From NCBI GenBank assembly GCA_002331495.1, contig DCYR01000007.1:29689-93688 (forward strand): a DNA stretch of 64,000 nt, in the 5' to 3' direction. The translations under genes and the position numbers were made by a program. The notes under the pieces are model-generated. The model did no database searches, was not told the origin of the DNA, and was given only the letters and a program-made list of their open reading frames with translations. Source of the stretch: Patescibacteria group bacterium UBA2105 (GTDB taxonomy: Bacteria; Patescibacteriota; Minisyncoccia; Phycocordibacterales; UBA2100). Below are positions 28,034 through 37,953 of the stretch, piece after piece (positions within the stretch are counted from its first letter, which is position 1; each line of letters opens with the position of its first letter).

Positions 28034-29104
28034 CTAGTCAACATAGCGGCGCTTTTTTGCGAGATGTTCTTCATAGGTGACACTGTAGTACGTTGTTCCG
28101 CGTCGGTCTGCAAGATAGAAGAGATACTCACTTGGCGTTGGATTCAGTGCGGCATATAAAGACGAACGACCTACTGCCGCTATGGGGCCAGGTGGAAGTC
28201 CTTTGTATACGTAAGTATTATAGGGATTATTTTCATCGGTGAGTTCATCAATGGTGATGTCATATGTTCCCTTGGCGTGTGTATATACAAATGTCGCGTC
28301 AACCTGCAGAAGCATGTTTCGACTAAGGCGGTTGTGAAGGACCCCAGAGATAAGTTGCCGATCCTCGTCATTCCAAGCTTCTTTTTCGATAATCGATGCT
28401 AGGGTAAGTATCTCGTGTAGTGTATACGGCGACTCTTCTATTTGTTGTCGGAATTCCGCGATTTGCCTGTCGAAATTGTCACGCATCACGCGAATAACTT
28501 CATCTTCTCGCACATTGGGGAGGAAGTAATAGGTATCCGGATATAAGTAGCCTTCATAATCTATTGCGTTCGCAAAAAATCTCTCTGGATCAAATTTAAA
28601 CAATCGTTGTGCATATATAACAGTCATGTCGGCAACCGTAGAACCTTCGGGTATTGTGATGCTTATGGGTTCCAGCCCAAAGACTCCTGTAGTTATTCTC
28701 CGTGCTATAGAAAACGTACTTACAGGTTTTGCAAATAAGTAGTCTCCCGCCTTCACGCTTCGCTGGCCTCCGCGCAAACGTACGATCATTTCGAGCCACC
28801 AAGCACTTCTGACAATCCCCTCTTCTTCAAGCGAAAGAGCAAGGGTAGCAAGGCTATCACCCTCCTCGATGGTTACATATTGTTCGGTGGGGAAATTCGA
28901 CGGTGGTCGAAACGCCCCAATATACAAGGCGGAGTACAACACCAGAATAAGAGTAATGATTAATAATGTGCGTCGGTTCAAATTGTGAAGCCGGTCTTCC
29001 TGCCAATTCTCAACGGAGCCACGAATTCGCTTCTGCCACGCAAAAAATCTCACGTAGGAACGAGACATCAGTTGTTGCAAATTTCTGTATAATCCATCGA
29101 GCAT
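28034..29104 (-). CDS. mltG: Endolytic transglycosylase (YceG family)
   Basis: ITIPEG, EGYLYPDTY, LASIIEKEA, LQVDAT, YNTY..GLPPGPI; start uncertain. Confidence 0.93.
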   Translation of the reverse strand: MLDGLYRNLQQLMSRSYVRFFAWQKRIRGSVENWQEDRLHNLNRRTLLIITLILVLYSALYIGAFRPPSNFPTEQYVTIEEGDSLATLALSLEEEGIVRSAWWLEMIVRLRGGQRSVKAGDYLFAKPVSTFSIARRITTGVFGLEPISITIPEGSTVADMTVIYAQRLFKFDPERFFANAIDYEGYLYPDTYYFLPNVREDEVIRVMRDNFDRQIAEFRQQIEESPYTLHEILTLASIIEKEAWNDEDRQLISGVLHNRLSRNMLLQVDATFVYTHAKGTYDITIDELTDENNPYNTYVYKGLPPGPIAAVGRSSLYAALNPTPSEYLFYLADRRGTTYYSVTYEEHLAKKRRYVD

Positions 29105-29107
29105 GCT

Positions 29108-30436
29108 TTATGTAGGAAGATTTGCTGGAGGCTCACCCTTGGTTGAGGAAATACGGTCAATTCCAGGAGCCTTCGTTTCTCCCGTTGGGAAGTGATATAT
29201 AGTCGCCATCTCTTCGGTGGTGAGTACAAAGCGAGGGTGTTCGTACGGGGGATGGAACATGGCACGCCTATGGTAGGCGTCTAGTATGCGGCGCGAGTAC
29301 AAGCGCTCCAGAATACCACCTATTTCTTGCCACGGATAATCAATAGAGACATGCCACTTCGGAGCGGGACTAAACTTGTTGAGGTGACCAGAGGAAAAAG
29401 AGTTCCACAACCCTACAATATGAGTTGGTATGTTATTTCCCTTAAATGCGTCAGGTTTTGTTATGTACACTGCGCGTATACCAGCATCAAAGCCGGGTTT
29501 CTCTAGGCTCCGCTCAAGTGCCTTTATTGTGTTTACTTCCGCTGGCTTAAGAAGTGGGTAACCCTCAGAAAGTTCTCCGGTAATTAAATCCTTGGTCTTT
29601 GGTTTCGCTTTTTCGTAAATTTTCTCAATTTCCTCTGATGCTTCTTCTTTCCAACTCTTTCTCGGGCTCCAAGGTGTGGTGCGTATTTTTGCACCTTTGT
29701 TTTGACGGACAATTATCTGCACCCATAATTGCTCGCCAGGTCCTAAGTCGCTGAGGCGTTCGAACACACCCGAAAGTGGATCAACTATTTGCTCCTCTTT
29801 CTTTGCATCTTGGTCAAGCTCAAAGTCTATGTATGTTTTTATGGGGTACGGGTCGGGTTTCGCGAGCTCGTATTCCATTCCCCACACAGTGTTAATGTTA
29901 GGGTCATAACGAACACCTGCCGAATAGTCTTCGACCTCCTGAATTTCAAGATCAGGATATTGTGCATAAAATTGCGTTATGACATAGTCTTTGTGCTTAC
30001 CCCACACCCATACATAGAAGTGGATCTTCCCTTCGATAGAAACAAGCTCGAAGGACAACCATGGACGTACCTTTCCGTCCCACCAACGTGAAATAAAAGT
30101 GGTTTCCCCTGGGCCAAAGTTTAGGTTGGTAAAGACTTGTTCCATTGCACGAGGAGTCTTGAATATTTGTCGGGGAACCTTTATCTCCAATAGAACCGGA
30201 GTTTGCTCCGCAATAAAACGAGCACGTATGTACTTTTTCCATTGCTCCCACCACATAACGACAAGTATAAAGGGACCCCAAATGGGTGAGAATATAAAAA
30301 TCCACGTCAAAATGATAACAAGTAATGGTGGGTATATGCTTATTCCCAGAATGAGGATCCCCACGAAGGCAGAAACTGGTATAAGCCAGAGTGGTACGCC
30401 CAAGTAGTGTGTCCCCTCGACCTTAAAGAGAGCCAT
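29108..30436 (-). CDS. Conserved hypothetical membrane protein
   Basis: Two N-terminal TMs; LLEIKVP, SFELVS..G.IHFY, YAQYPD.EI.EV.DY, YPIKTY, LTTEEMATIYHFP. Confidence 0.7.
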   Translation of the reverse strand: MALFKVEGTHYLGVPLWLIPVSAFVGILILGISIYPPLLVIILTWIFIFSPIWGPFILVVMWWEQWKKYIRARFIAEQTPVLLEIKVPRQIFKTPRAMEQVFTNLNFGPGETTFISRWWDGKVRPWLSFELVSIEGKIHFYVWVWGKHKDYVITQFYAQYPDLEIQEVEDYSAGVRYDPNINTVWGMEYELAKPDPYPIKTYIDFELDQDAKKEEQIVDPLSGVFERLSDLGPGEQLWVQIIVRQNKGAKIRTTPWSPRKSWKEEASEEIEKIYEKAKPKTKDLITGELSEGYPLLKPAEVNTIKALERSLEKPGFDAGIRAVYITKPDAFKGNNIPTHIVGLWNSFSSGHLNKFSPAPKWHVSIDYPWQEIGGILERLYSRRILDAYHRRAMFHPPYEHPRFVLTTEEMATIYHFPTGETKAPGIDRISSTKGEPPANLPT

Positions 30437-30498
30437 ATGCAACGTATCATAACACGCGCTTCGCAAGAGCTTACACGGATTGAGAATGATTTGTGAAT

Positions 30499-31536
30499 TT
30501 AAACAAGCTCGAACCGACCGTCCTCGAGTCGTGTAAATGTATCCGAATCCTGTAAGTTTACCGCAATGGTATTGTCTTTAACGTATCGCTCGCGTTTCAC
30601 TCGGTCGATAATCTCTTTCTTGGTGAGCGGGCCAAGCTCTTTGAGTAGCTCACGTATGACATCTTTCACCACACCCTTTGAGTATCCCCACTCAGCTAGT
30701 GCATAGAGACCACGTCCGACAAGCACAAATCGAGGGTCTTTGATGAGTTCATTGTGAGTAGTTGCTACGTGTGCCTTACGGCCGAAAAGCTCTTCGATTT
30801 GTTGTGCTACTTCTGAGAAGTGCATCGGAGAACCGTGTCGCTTAAGTGTAAGATATGCGAAATCACGCATACCTTTTACACGCACTGAAGGTGACGTAGT
30901 AAGACCCCACTCACCCAGAGGGTTGCGCGCAATTTTTTTGGATAAGGAGAGCCAGCGAAGCAAGGTTTCTGCATTATCTTGTGCAATCTCTGCCTTCGCG
31001 AGCTCTTCTTTATAGCGCGCAACGATCTCTTCTTCTGGAAGTACAATGGAGTCGTCGAGGGACCCAAACACACCGGTAAGAGCGTCACGTATACCCTTGG
31101 CATACGCCTCGTCGATGTACCAGTGACTTACAAAGTCTCCTCCCTCTTTTACGCGGTAAAATTGTTCCCCAACAGTACAAAGGAACAGCAGCGCGTTTTC
31201 ATCAGCTTTGGTTTTCGCAATTGACTTAATAAGTTCGTGTTGCGATGTTACGCCCCCAAATTGCTCAAAGACACCCCTCAGCTCGTCAAATACTGGCTTA
31301 AGATCCTTGTAGCGTTCGGATTTTTGAATGCTCTTAATAGCGTGGTTTTCAATCTGTCGAACACGTTCGCGGGTGATGCTGTATGATTGACCAACAGACT
31401 CAAGTGTCTCGATTGTATTCGAGTCGATAAGTCCGTAGCGACGCGTGAGAACGTCGCGTGCCCGTTCATTTTCAACAACGCTCACAAGTTGAGAAGCGAT
31501 GTGCTTAGGTTTGAATGTGACTTTCATGGTTGTCAT
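30499..31536 (-). CDS. Sigma-70 region-4 HTH plus C-terminal winged-helix (RNAP delta/HARE-HTH-like) protein
   Basis: RRYGL..TLESVG..ITRERVRQIE at the N-terminus; PMHFSEVA, HNELIKDPRFVLVGRGLYAL.EWG at the C-terminus. Confidence 0.78.
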   Translation of the reverse strand: MTTMKVTFKPKHIASQLVSVVENERARDVLTRRYGLIDSNTIETLESVGQSYSITRERVRQIENHAIKSIQKSERYKDLKPVFDELRGVFEQFGGVTSQHELIKSIAKTKADENALLFLCTVGEQFYRVKEGGDFVSHWYIDEAYAKGIRDALTGVFGSLDDSIVLPEEEIVARYKEELAKAEIAQDNAETLLRWLSLSKKIARNPLGEWGLTTSPSVRVKGMRDFAYLTLKRHGSPMHFSEVAQQIEELFGRKAHVATTHNELIKDPRFVLVGRGLYALAEWGYSKGVVKDVIRELLKELGPLTKKEIIDRVKRERYVKDNTIAVNLQDSDTFTRLEDGRFELV

Positions 31537-31670
31537 ACTGTATCGGGCACGTAAAGCAGTTTTATCACGACAATACTACCCCGTCAAATATACGCCCGGA
31601 GTATTGGCCAATAAAGAAACTTTCGTGTGCGAGTATAAAAACATAGAAACAATTATTTGTCAAATAAATT

Positions 31671-34600
31671 CTATAGCACTAGGTTTATGAGTCTATTTGG
31701 CACAAATATTACCTTTTTCGGCTCCCCCTCAAGCCACCTTGAGAGTTTGTCTTCTCCCTGAACAACCTCCAAGACTGTCGCCTCGTCGGAATCGTTGGCT
31801 ACCACGACGCTGCCGCGCACTTTTCCGTTTACTTGTACCGCGATAGTGACCTCTTCATCCTTTGCGAGAGATTCGTCAAATTTTGGCCACGGGTGTGTGT
31901 GGACTGAACCTTCGCCCCCTCCGGCCTCCCAAAGTTCCTCAGCTATATGTGGTGCGAAAGGTGCCAAGATGCGGACGAATGTGGCGTACTGTTCTTTGGT
32001 GATTGAGCTCTTTTCTACTTCGTTCACAAACGACATCATTGCGGCTATTGCCGTGTTGAACTTGAGCTCTTCAATGTCGCCTCCAACCTTTCGTATCAAT
32101 TTGTGGAGACTCCGCTCTGCATCTGGACTCTTTTCGTCCACAGTATTCCCCTGGAGTCGCCACACTCGTTCAAGAAAACGAACAACGCCCACAATCCCAT
32201 TCTCATTCCAAAGGATTTCGTCTGCTAACGGTGCTGCAAACATCATATACATACGCACAGAGTCTGCACCGAAGCGCTCTACCATGTCGTCGGGGTTCAC
32301 TATGTTTCCTTTCGATTTGCTCATCTTCACACCTTCGGCATCAAGTACCATTCCCTGGTGGCGCATCTTCAAAAATGGCTCATCAAAGTCCAGAAGACCA
32401 ATCTTTTGCATTGCTTTGGTGAAGAAGCGCGCGTACATCAGGTGCAAATACGTGTGCTCTGCCCCGCCCACGTAGAGGTCGACTGGAAGCCAGTGCTTGA
32501 GCCTGCTCTCGCGGCAGAATTCTTCGTCGTTGTGTGGGTCTGGGTAGCGAAGGTAGTACCAAGAAGAGCAAACAAACGTGTCCATAGTGTCTACTTCCGG
32601 AGTCCAGCCTTCACCGAATATCTTCTCAGTACGCTCTTTGAGCTCTTTAGATTGCGCAAGCGGCGCCTCACCTGTCGGCATGAAATCGACATCTTCCGGG
32701 AGTAGCCACGGCAGATGCTCATCCGGTACCACGTGGGGGTTCCCCTCAGGGTCGTACACAATCGGAATTGGTGCTCCCCAGTAGCGCTGTCTAGAAATAG
32801 ACCAGTCACGAAGTTTGTAGGTGGTCTTCATCTCCCCACCTACGGCCTTGGTAATCATTTCTTTCGCCTCGAGATTATCAAGGTCATTAAATTTATCCGA
32901 GTTAACGAGGTTGCCATCACTCACGTATGGACTATCTCCTTTCTCAAATACCTCAACTGCGTGGTGGTGTGTTGGTGCAGTTAAAAAGCTTTTCAACTCA
33001 TCTAAGGTTAGCCACTCAACGCTGTGCCGCGCTTCTTCCTCGTCGGAGATTTGCTCTTGTGCGTCGTCCTGCAGTTCTATGTAGAACATGTGTCCGTGTA
33101 CAGTCCGATTCTCTTTCTTGGGGACGTGGTAGAACATGCCATCGACGACTCCCATGTCGCGGGTAATCTTTGCGTTCATGAACCCGGTCTCTTCGCGAAC
33201 TTCTTTCAAAACCGTTTGCTCTGGCGTCTCGTCATCTTCGATTCCGCCAGTCAAAAGTGTTCCCCACTCTACCTCCTTCCACTTAAGTGCTATGTACTTA
33301 TCTTCGCTCCAGTGTTTTACCAGTGCTATCACTCCGTTGCGAAACACCATCGGCTCCCCCTCTCGGAAGGCGCCTGGCTCAGTTGTTTGAATTAAACGAG
33401 GAGCGATTACCTGTCGTATCTCAATACCAAATTGTTTTGCGAAGTCCCAATCGCGCTCATCGTGGGCAGGTACGGCCATAATTGCACCGGTTCCATAGTG
33501 TGCGAGTACGTAGTCGGCAATAAAGATCGGGACCTCCTCGTTGTTTGCTGGGTTGATAGCCTTTACCCCCTTAAGCTCGACACCGGTTTTCTCTTTCGTC
33601 TCTACGGTGCGCTCAAGGTCGGTTTTCTTTGCAGCTGCAGCTACGTATTTGTCGACATCCGCTTTGTTCTCAATTTTCTCGGAAAGTTTTCCTACGAGTT
33701 CATGTTCTGGCGAGAGCACCATGTATGTTGCTCCGAAGAGTGTGTCGGGTCGAGTAGTAAATACTCTTACCTTCGGAACTATTGGTGCATACCAACTGTT
33801 GTTAGCGAGCCATGCCCACGCCGATTCATCGGTTGGCTCGTCATCGTTAAATTTGTTGCCAAGCTCAACGATGGCTGCGTCGGTTTCTTCGCTAAGAACA
33901 AGGCGCTCGACTGAGCTGTCCTTATGTTTAAAAATAAATACCACTTCGTCGTCGGTGAGGTATTCATTCCAAAAACCGGGCTCCATTTTCTCCACGATTA
34001 ATTCCTCAAATGCTTTGGCCGATGATTTCGGAAAACGCACACAGAGGAATCCATTTTTCGTGGCCTCAACTATCTCACCACCAACGGCATTGATGTCTTT
34101 CTCGGAGATATTTTTCTCGCCCATGATGAAGCTGCGCGCCTCATTCGGATCATCGTTTACAACTCTGGGAACCACGAACTCAATTTCTGCTCCCTCGCTT
34201 TTACCGATCCAGTTTATTTGATTCTTGCGTGTGTGTTCTGGCCAATCAATCTTTTCGTGCCCGTCGATAAGGTCTTGCGCAAAGTCAGTGATTTTGAAAA
34301 ACCAACTCGGTATTGGTTTTTGCATTACGTCTTTCTTACATCGCTCGCATGCGCCGCCTTCGACCTGCTCGTTTGCGAGTACTGTTTTGCAGGAATCACA
34401 CCAGTTTACGGTATCGGTCTTTTTGTATACGAGATCGTTCTTGAAAAATTGAATGAAGAGCCATTGTGTCCACTTGTAGTAGTTGGGCTCTGACGTCGTG
34501 ACCATTTCGTCGTAATCGTAGTCGATACCGAGCGATTTGAGCTGTCGCGTAAAGTTTTCAGAGTTTGTTTTGGTTGTCTCTTTTGGATGTACGCCCGTTT

Positions 34601-34877
34601 TTACCGCGTAGTTTTCTGCGGGAAGACCAAACGAGTCGAACCCCGTTGGATGCAATACGTTAAAGCCGGTCGCCTTCTTATATCGGGAGAAAATATCGTT
34701 GGCCGTATAGGCTTCGGTGTGCCCCATGTGAAGTCCGTCACCAGACGGGTACGGATACATGTCGAGGAGATAGAATTTTGGTTTCGCGGTGTCGTCTTTG
34801 TCTATTTTGTTGGCACCGGTCTCGTCCCAGGTCTTTTGCCACTTCTTTTCGACTTTCTGGTGGTCGTATTTCTGCAT
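31671..34877 (-). CDS. leuS: Leucine-tRNA ligase with two insertions, one of them a Nudix domain
   Basis: PYPSGDGLHMGH, FTTRPDTLFG, GTGAIMAVPAHDERD, DWSISRQRYWG, KMSKS; start MQKYD at 34877. Confidence 0.96.
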   Translation of the reverse strand: MQKYDHQKVEKKWQKTWDETGANKIDKDDTAKPKFYLLDMYPYPSGDGLHMGHTEAYTANDIFSRYKKATGFNVLHPTGFDSFGLPAENYAVKTGVHPKETTKTNSENFTRQLKSLGIDYDYDEMVTTSEPNYYKWTQWLFIQFFKNDLVYKKTDTVNWCDSCKTVLANEQVEGGACERCKKDVMQKPIPSWFFKITDFAQDLIDGHEKIDWPEHTRKNQINWIGKSEGAEIEFVVPRVVNDDPNEARSFIMGEKNISEKDINAVGGEIVEATKNGFLCVRFPKSSAKAFEELIVEKMEPGFWNEYLTDDEVVFIFKHKDSSVERLVLSEETDAAIVELGNKFNDDEPTDESAWAWLANNSWYAPIVPKVRVFTTRPDTLFGATYMVLSPEHELVGKLSEKIENKADVDKYVAAAAKKTDLERTVETKEKTGVELKGVKAINPANNEEVPIFIADYVLAHYGTGAIMAVPAHDERDWDFAKQFGIEIRQVIAPRLIQTTEPGAFREGEPMVFRNGVIALVKHWSEDKYIALKWKEVEWGTLLTGGIEDDETPEQTVLKEVREETGFMNAKITRDMGVVDGMFYHVPKKENRTVHGHMFYIELQDDAQEQISDEEEARHSVEWLTLDELKSFLTAPTHHHAVEVFEKGDSPYVSDGNLVNSDKFNDLDNLEAKEMITKAVGGEMKTTYKLRDWSISRQRYWGAPIPIVYDPEGNPHVVPDEHLPWLLPEDVDFMPTGEAPLAQSKELKERTEKIFGEGWTPEVDTMDTFVCSSWYYLRYPDPHNDEEFCRESRLKHWLPVDLYVGGAEHTYLHLMYARFFTKAMQKIGLLDFDEPFLKMRHQGMVLDAEGVKMSKSKGNIVNPDDMVERFGADSVRMYMMFAAPLADEILWNENGIVGVVRFLERVWRLQGNTVDEKSPDAERSLHKLIRKVGGDIEELKFNTAIAAMMSFVNEVEKSSITKEQYATFVRILAPFAPHIAEELWEAGGGEGSVHTHPWPKFDESLAKDEEVTIAVQVNGKVRGSVVVANDSDEATVLEVVQGEDKLSRWLEGEPKKVIFVPNRLINLVL

Positions 34878-35109
34878 CTGGCAATAGTAGCACTGGTTCT
34901 GAGGAACATACAAGAAAGAAGTGTTGCTTGAGTACGGGTATGATGTTACAAAGTACGCATGCAATTTGCACAGCACAACACAGATTTGCTGATGCTAGGG
35001 GCGACCAAGGTCGGTTGTGTTTTGCGTACCTAGAACATAGATACATAAAACAGAGTCGACCTTCCCGGTCGGCTCGTTTTGCTCTTTTTAACCCAGCGGG
35101 AGAGGATCC

Positions 35110-35238
35110 ATGGGCAAGAAAAGAAAGCCCAAGTGCAACGGCAATCAACATGCGGCGTATCTTCGAGCTGCGGCGAAGCGACGAGCATTTCGGGCTCAAG
35201 AAGCCAAGAAGGCGCGTAAGAAAAGACAGGGAAAATGA
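35110..35238 (+). CDS. Unannotated 42-aa highly basic small protein
   Basis: MGKKRKPKCNGNQHAAYLRAAAKRRAFRAQEAKKARKKRQGK, preceded by the SD-like GGGAGAGG and followed by hairpins. Confidence 0.55.
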   Translation: MGKKRKPKCNGNQHAAYLRAAAKRRAFRAQEAKKARKKRQGK

Positions 35239-35310
35239 GATAGTTCTTCATGCCTGAACCACCGTTTTTTCAGAATCGGTGATTCGGAGCCTGCAACGAT
35301 GCAATGAAAG

Positions 35311-35338
35311 GGGTCGCGAAGATAATTCTTCGCGGCCC
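35311..35338. terminator. Probable bidirectional terminator hairpin
   Basis: GGGTCGCGAAGA-TAAT-TCTTCGCGGCCC between convergent ORFs. Confidence 0.6.
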
Positions 35339-35352
35339 TGATCTTTTGGCTT

Positions 35353-36324
35353 TTAGAAGTTGAGAGCCCGAATAGGCACGGGTTCCTTGAATGGAACGAT
35401 GCGTTCTGGATCGACCTCTCGCTCAAAGCACGTTCGTCCTTCGCCGTGAGGCCAGTCTTGCGTGGTCTGCTGCAAGTCGCGCACACGCCAATCGCTTAGG
35501 TCTGCCTTGTCGATGTCGAATGCTGGTAGCGGCAAGCTGAATGTTGCACAAAGCTCAAAAGCAAGGTTGCCAGTCTTTGTGTACTCATAGTCGTCTCCTG
35601 TCTCTGGGTCGACTTGAATTTGAGCACCCACGAGTGGGTTTTTAAGTTCGTCGAGAGACTCAGGAAGTCGTTCGGTCGTTTGATAGTAGTTAGTTACTTG
35701 GTATTGGATGCCTTGCAGGTCATTAATACGTTGTTGATCGTAGCGAAGTAGGCGCTGCGTATAAGGAGAGCCCATAATGAAGAATCCGGCCATGATTGAT
35801 ACAAGAACAACCAACGACACAGCAGCCGCTATTGTTTTTGAAAGACTTTCCCTATTTTCCCACTTGCCCTTGATGTCTGAGATGTAGTAATAGAACACTC
35901 CCGCCGCGACAACAAGTACCGTTATAACCTTAAGTAGGAATGCAGCGGTAATCTCCTCGCCGCTGAGAAATGTGTTAATAAGCACAATTAGGTCAGCAAG
36001 TATTGCAATTCCGGCGACAAACACCGCTAGGAATACAAGCCAACGACGAACCCATAGTTCCTTCTTAAGCGGGTCTTTCCGGATATCCTGATTGAGCATG
36101 CGCGTAAGCGCAATGTATACAGGGAAGATTACGATAAGGCTCGCAATGGCAAATTGAATACCTCCCGAGTATGGGTCGTAGCCAATTATGGCTGTGTCAC
36201 CCACTAAACGCTCAATGTACTCGAATGTCAGTGCAATAAAGCTTCCCACTGAAAAGTAGAGTGCAACCATAGCTCCGAGCCACATAAAGAAGTCTTTTGG
36301 TGTTACTTTGAGTTTTTCAGACAT
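35353..36324 (-). CDS. Multi-TM membrane protein (DUF5671-like) with exported C-terminal domain
   Basis: KDFFMWLG, IASLIVIFPVY, RRWLVFL, GSP.TQRL.R.D..R..DL, FELCATF. Confidence 0.7.
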   Translation of the reverse strand: MSEKLKVTPKDFFMWLGAMVALYFSVGSFIALTFEYIERLVGDTAIIGYDPYSGGIQFAIASLIVIFPVYIALTRMLNQDIRKDPLKKELWVRRWLVFLAVFVAGIAILADLIVLINTFLSGEEITAAFLLKVITVLVVAAGVFYYYISDIKGKWENRESLSKTIAAAVSLVVLVSIMAGFFIMGSPYTQRLLRYDQQRINDLQGIQYQVTNYYQTTERLPESLDELKNPLVGAQIQVDPETGDDYEYTKTGNLAFELCATFSLPLPAFDIDKADLSDWRVRDLQQTTQDWPHGEGRTCFEREVDPERIVPFKEPVPIRALNF

Positions 36325-36382
36325 AAAATACTATTGTGAGAGCTAATGCTCAAATTGTACACTTTTTTCTCCGAAGCGCGAC

Positions 36383-36847
36383 TCAATCTCCACCTGCTCC
36401 GTACGGCGAGTAACCGGCGAAGATCGGTGGTGCTCCAATAGCACGCGCAGCTATATCCATGTTCTCACGGGCTTCATCGCTCCAATAGAAATTAGTGTTT
36501 AGCACCGCACGTACCTCCGTGTGCGAAAATCCGCATTCGTTCAGAAATGCAAGAAGCGGCTGATGCCACCCCTTCTTCTTGTCACGTTGCACTTCCAAAA
36601 TGTAGTCGCGCAGATGTGTCACAAGCATGGTCTCGCCTTTTCTCGAACCAGAGAGGAGTTCAAAGCCAGCGAAGTCTCTTCTCAAAAGCGAAAGCAAACT
36701 TGCAAGAACGTCACCAGCGCCCATTTTTCTGATTCCCTCAATGTTTCCCTCGTGTGCCAGTTGAAGGAGCTCAAATTTGGAGTCTTCTTCTCTTGATTCC
36801 AGTTGAGCATCGGTCTTCTGGTATGAAAATCCTTCTTTTTCTCTCAT
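36383..36847 (-). CDS. Hypothetical protein
   Basis: 154-aa ORF starting 5 nt after the ychF stop; no recognisable motif. Confidence 0.55.
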   Translation of the reverse strand: MREKEGFSYQKTDAQLESREEDSKFELLQLAHEGNIEGIRKMGAGDVLASLLSLLRRDFAGFELLSGSRKGETMLVTHLRDYILEVQRDKKKGWHQPLLAFLNECGFSHTEVRAVLNTNFYWSDEARENMDIAARAIGAPPIFAGYSPYGAGGD

Positions 36848-36852
36848 ATAAG

Positions 36853-37953
36853 CTATCCGTGTCGAAACTCCATTGTATCACCGTCCTCAATAATATACTC
36901 TTTTCCCTCTGTACGAACCAAGCCTCGTTCTCTTGCTGCAGACCACGAACCTGCAGCAACAAGTGATTTCCAATGAATGGTTTCCGCGCGAATAAATTTG
37001 GTTTGAAAGTCAGTATGAATAACACCCGCCGCTTGCGGGGCCGTACTCCCGGCCTTAATGGTCCACGCTCGAGTTTCTTTCGGGCCGGTTGTAAAAAATG
37101 ATATGAGGTTGAGCAGTGCGTATCCGGTACGAATAAGCTCGTCCACCCCGCTCTCAATTACGCCAAACTCACGGCGAAACTCCGCCGTGTCGTCGTCGGC
37201 GACATCTTTTAGTTCGTTTTCAACCCCGGCATCTACTTCTACCCAAAATGCACCAGAGTCTTCAAGAAAGCGCTTTAGCAGCTCTCCCCGCTCATCAGAT
37301 TGCTCATGCACATTCAGCCCCGCACTTTTCTTGTTAAGTACGTACATGAATGGCTTCATCGTAATTAGGTGCAGTCCCTTAACCTGTTCGAGTTCCTTTT
37401 CGTCTAAGTTAGTGGCGCGAGCGAGTTTCCCAGACTCTAGAGTTGTCAAAAGTTTCTCCAAAGCTCCTCTCAAGACCGTGGCTTCCTTACTCCCGGATCG
37501 TATGTCTCGGTCAATAGTTCCGAGTCGCTTTGTCACTGTCTGAGTGTCCGCAAGGACGAGCTCAATGTTGATTATATCGATATCGTGGGTTGGATTAACC
37601 GCTCCGTGTACATGCACCACGTCTTCGTCATCAAAAACTCGCACCACTTGCGCGATGGCATTTACCTCACGAATGTTTGCAAGGAACTGATTTCCCAGCC
37701 CTTCCCCCTCCGAGGCGCCTTTCACAAGGCCTGCTATGTCTACAAACTCAACTGCGGCGGGGATTGCTTTTTCAGACTGTGACATTTCAGCAAGGCGCTT
37801 TAATCGCGTATCGGGAACAGCCACAACGCCGACAGATGGGTCGATTGTGCAAAATGGGAAATTCTCCGCCTGTACAGATTTTTTAGTAAGTGCATTAAAA
37901 AGTGTCGATTTGCCGACATTCGGTAGACCGACTATTCCAATAGATAAACTCAT
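36853..37953 (-). CDS. ychF: Redox-regulated ATPase YchF (Obg family)
   Basis: GIVGLPNVGKSTLFNALT, NFPFCTIDP, DIAGLV.GAS.GEGLGNQFL, TGS-domain AAGVIHTDF. Confidence 0.97.
   Translation of the reverse strand: MSLSIGIVGLPNVGKSTLFNALTKKSVQAENFPFCTIDPSVGVVAVPDTRLKRLAEMSQSEKAIPAAVEFVDIAGLVKGASEGEGLGNQFLANIREVNAIAQVVRVFDDEDVVHVHGAVNPTHDIDIINIELVLADTQTVTKRLGTIDRDIRSGSKEATVLRGALEKLLTTLESGKLARATNLDEKELEQVKGLHLITMKPFMYVLNKKSAGLNVHEQSDERGELLKRFLEDSGAFWVEVDAGVENELKDVADDDTAEFRREFGVIESGVDELIRTGYALLNLISFFTTGPKETRAWTIKAGSTAPQAAGVIHTDFQTKFIRAETIHWKSLVAAGSWSAARERGLVRTEGKEYIIEDGDTMEFRHG

Noticed and set aside
33778-34170. LeuRS insertion as an intein
   Set aside because: Lacks the N-terminal Cys/Ser and the C-terminal His-Asn splice motifs
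34880-35110. T-box riboswitch upstream of leuS
   Set aside because: No T-box consensus seen; leuS has a -10 box 6 nt before its ATG, and the hairpin folds better on the opposite strand
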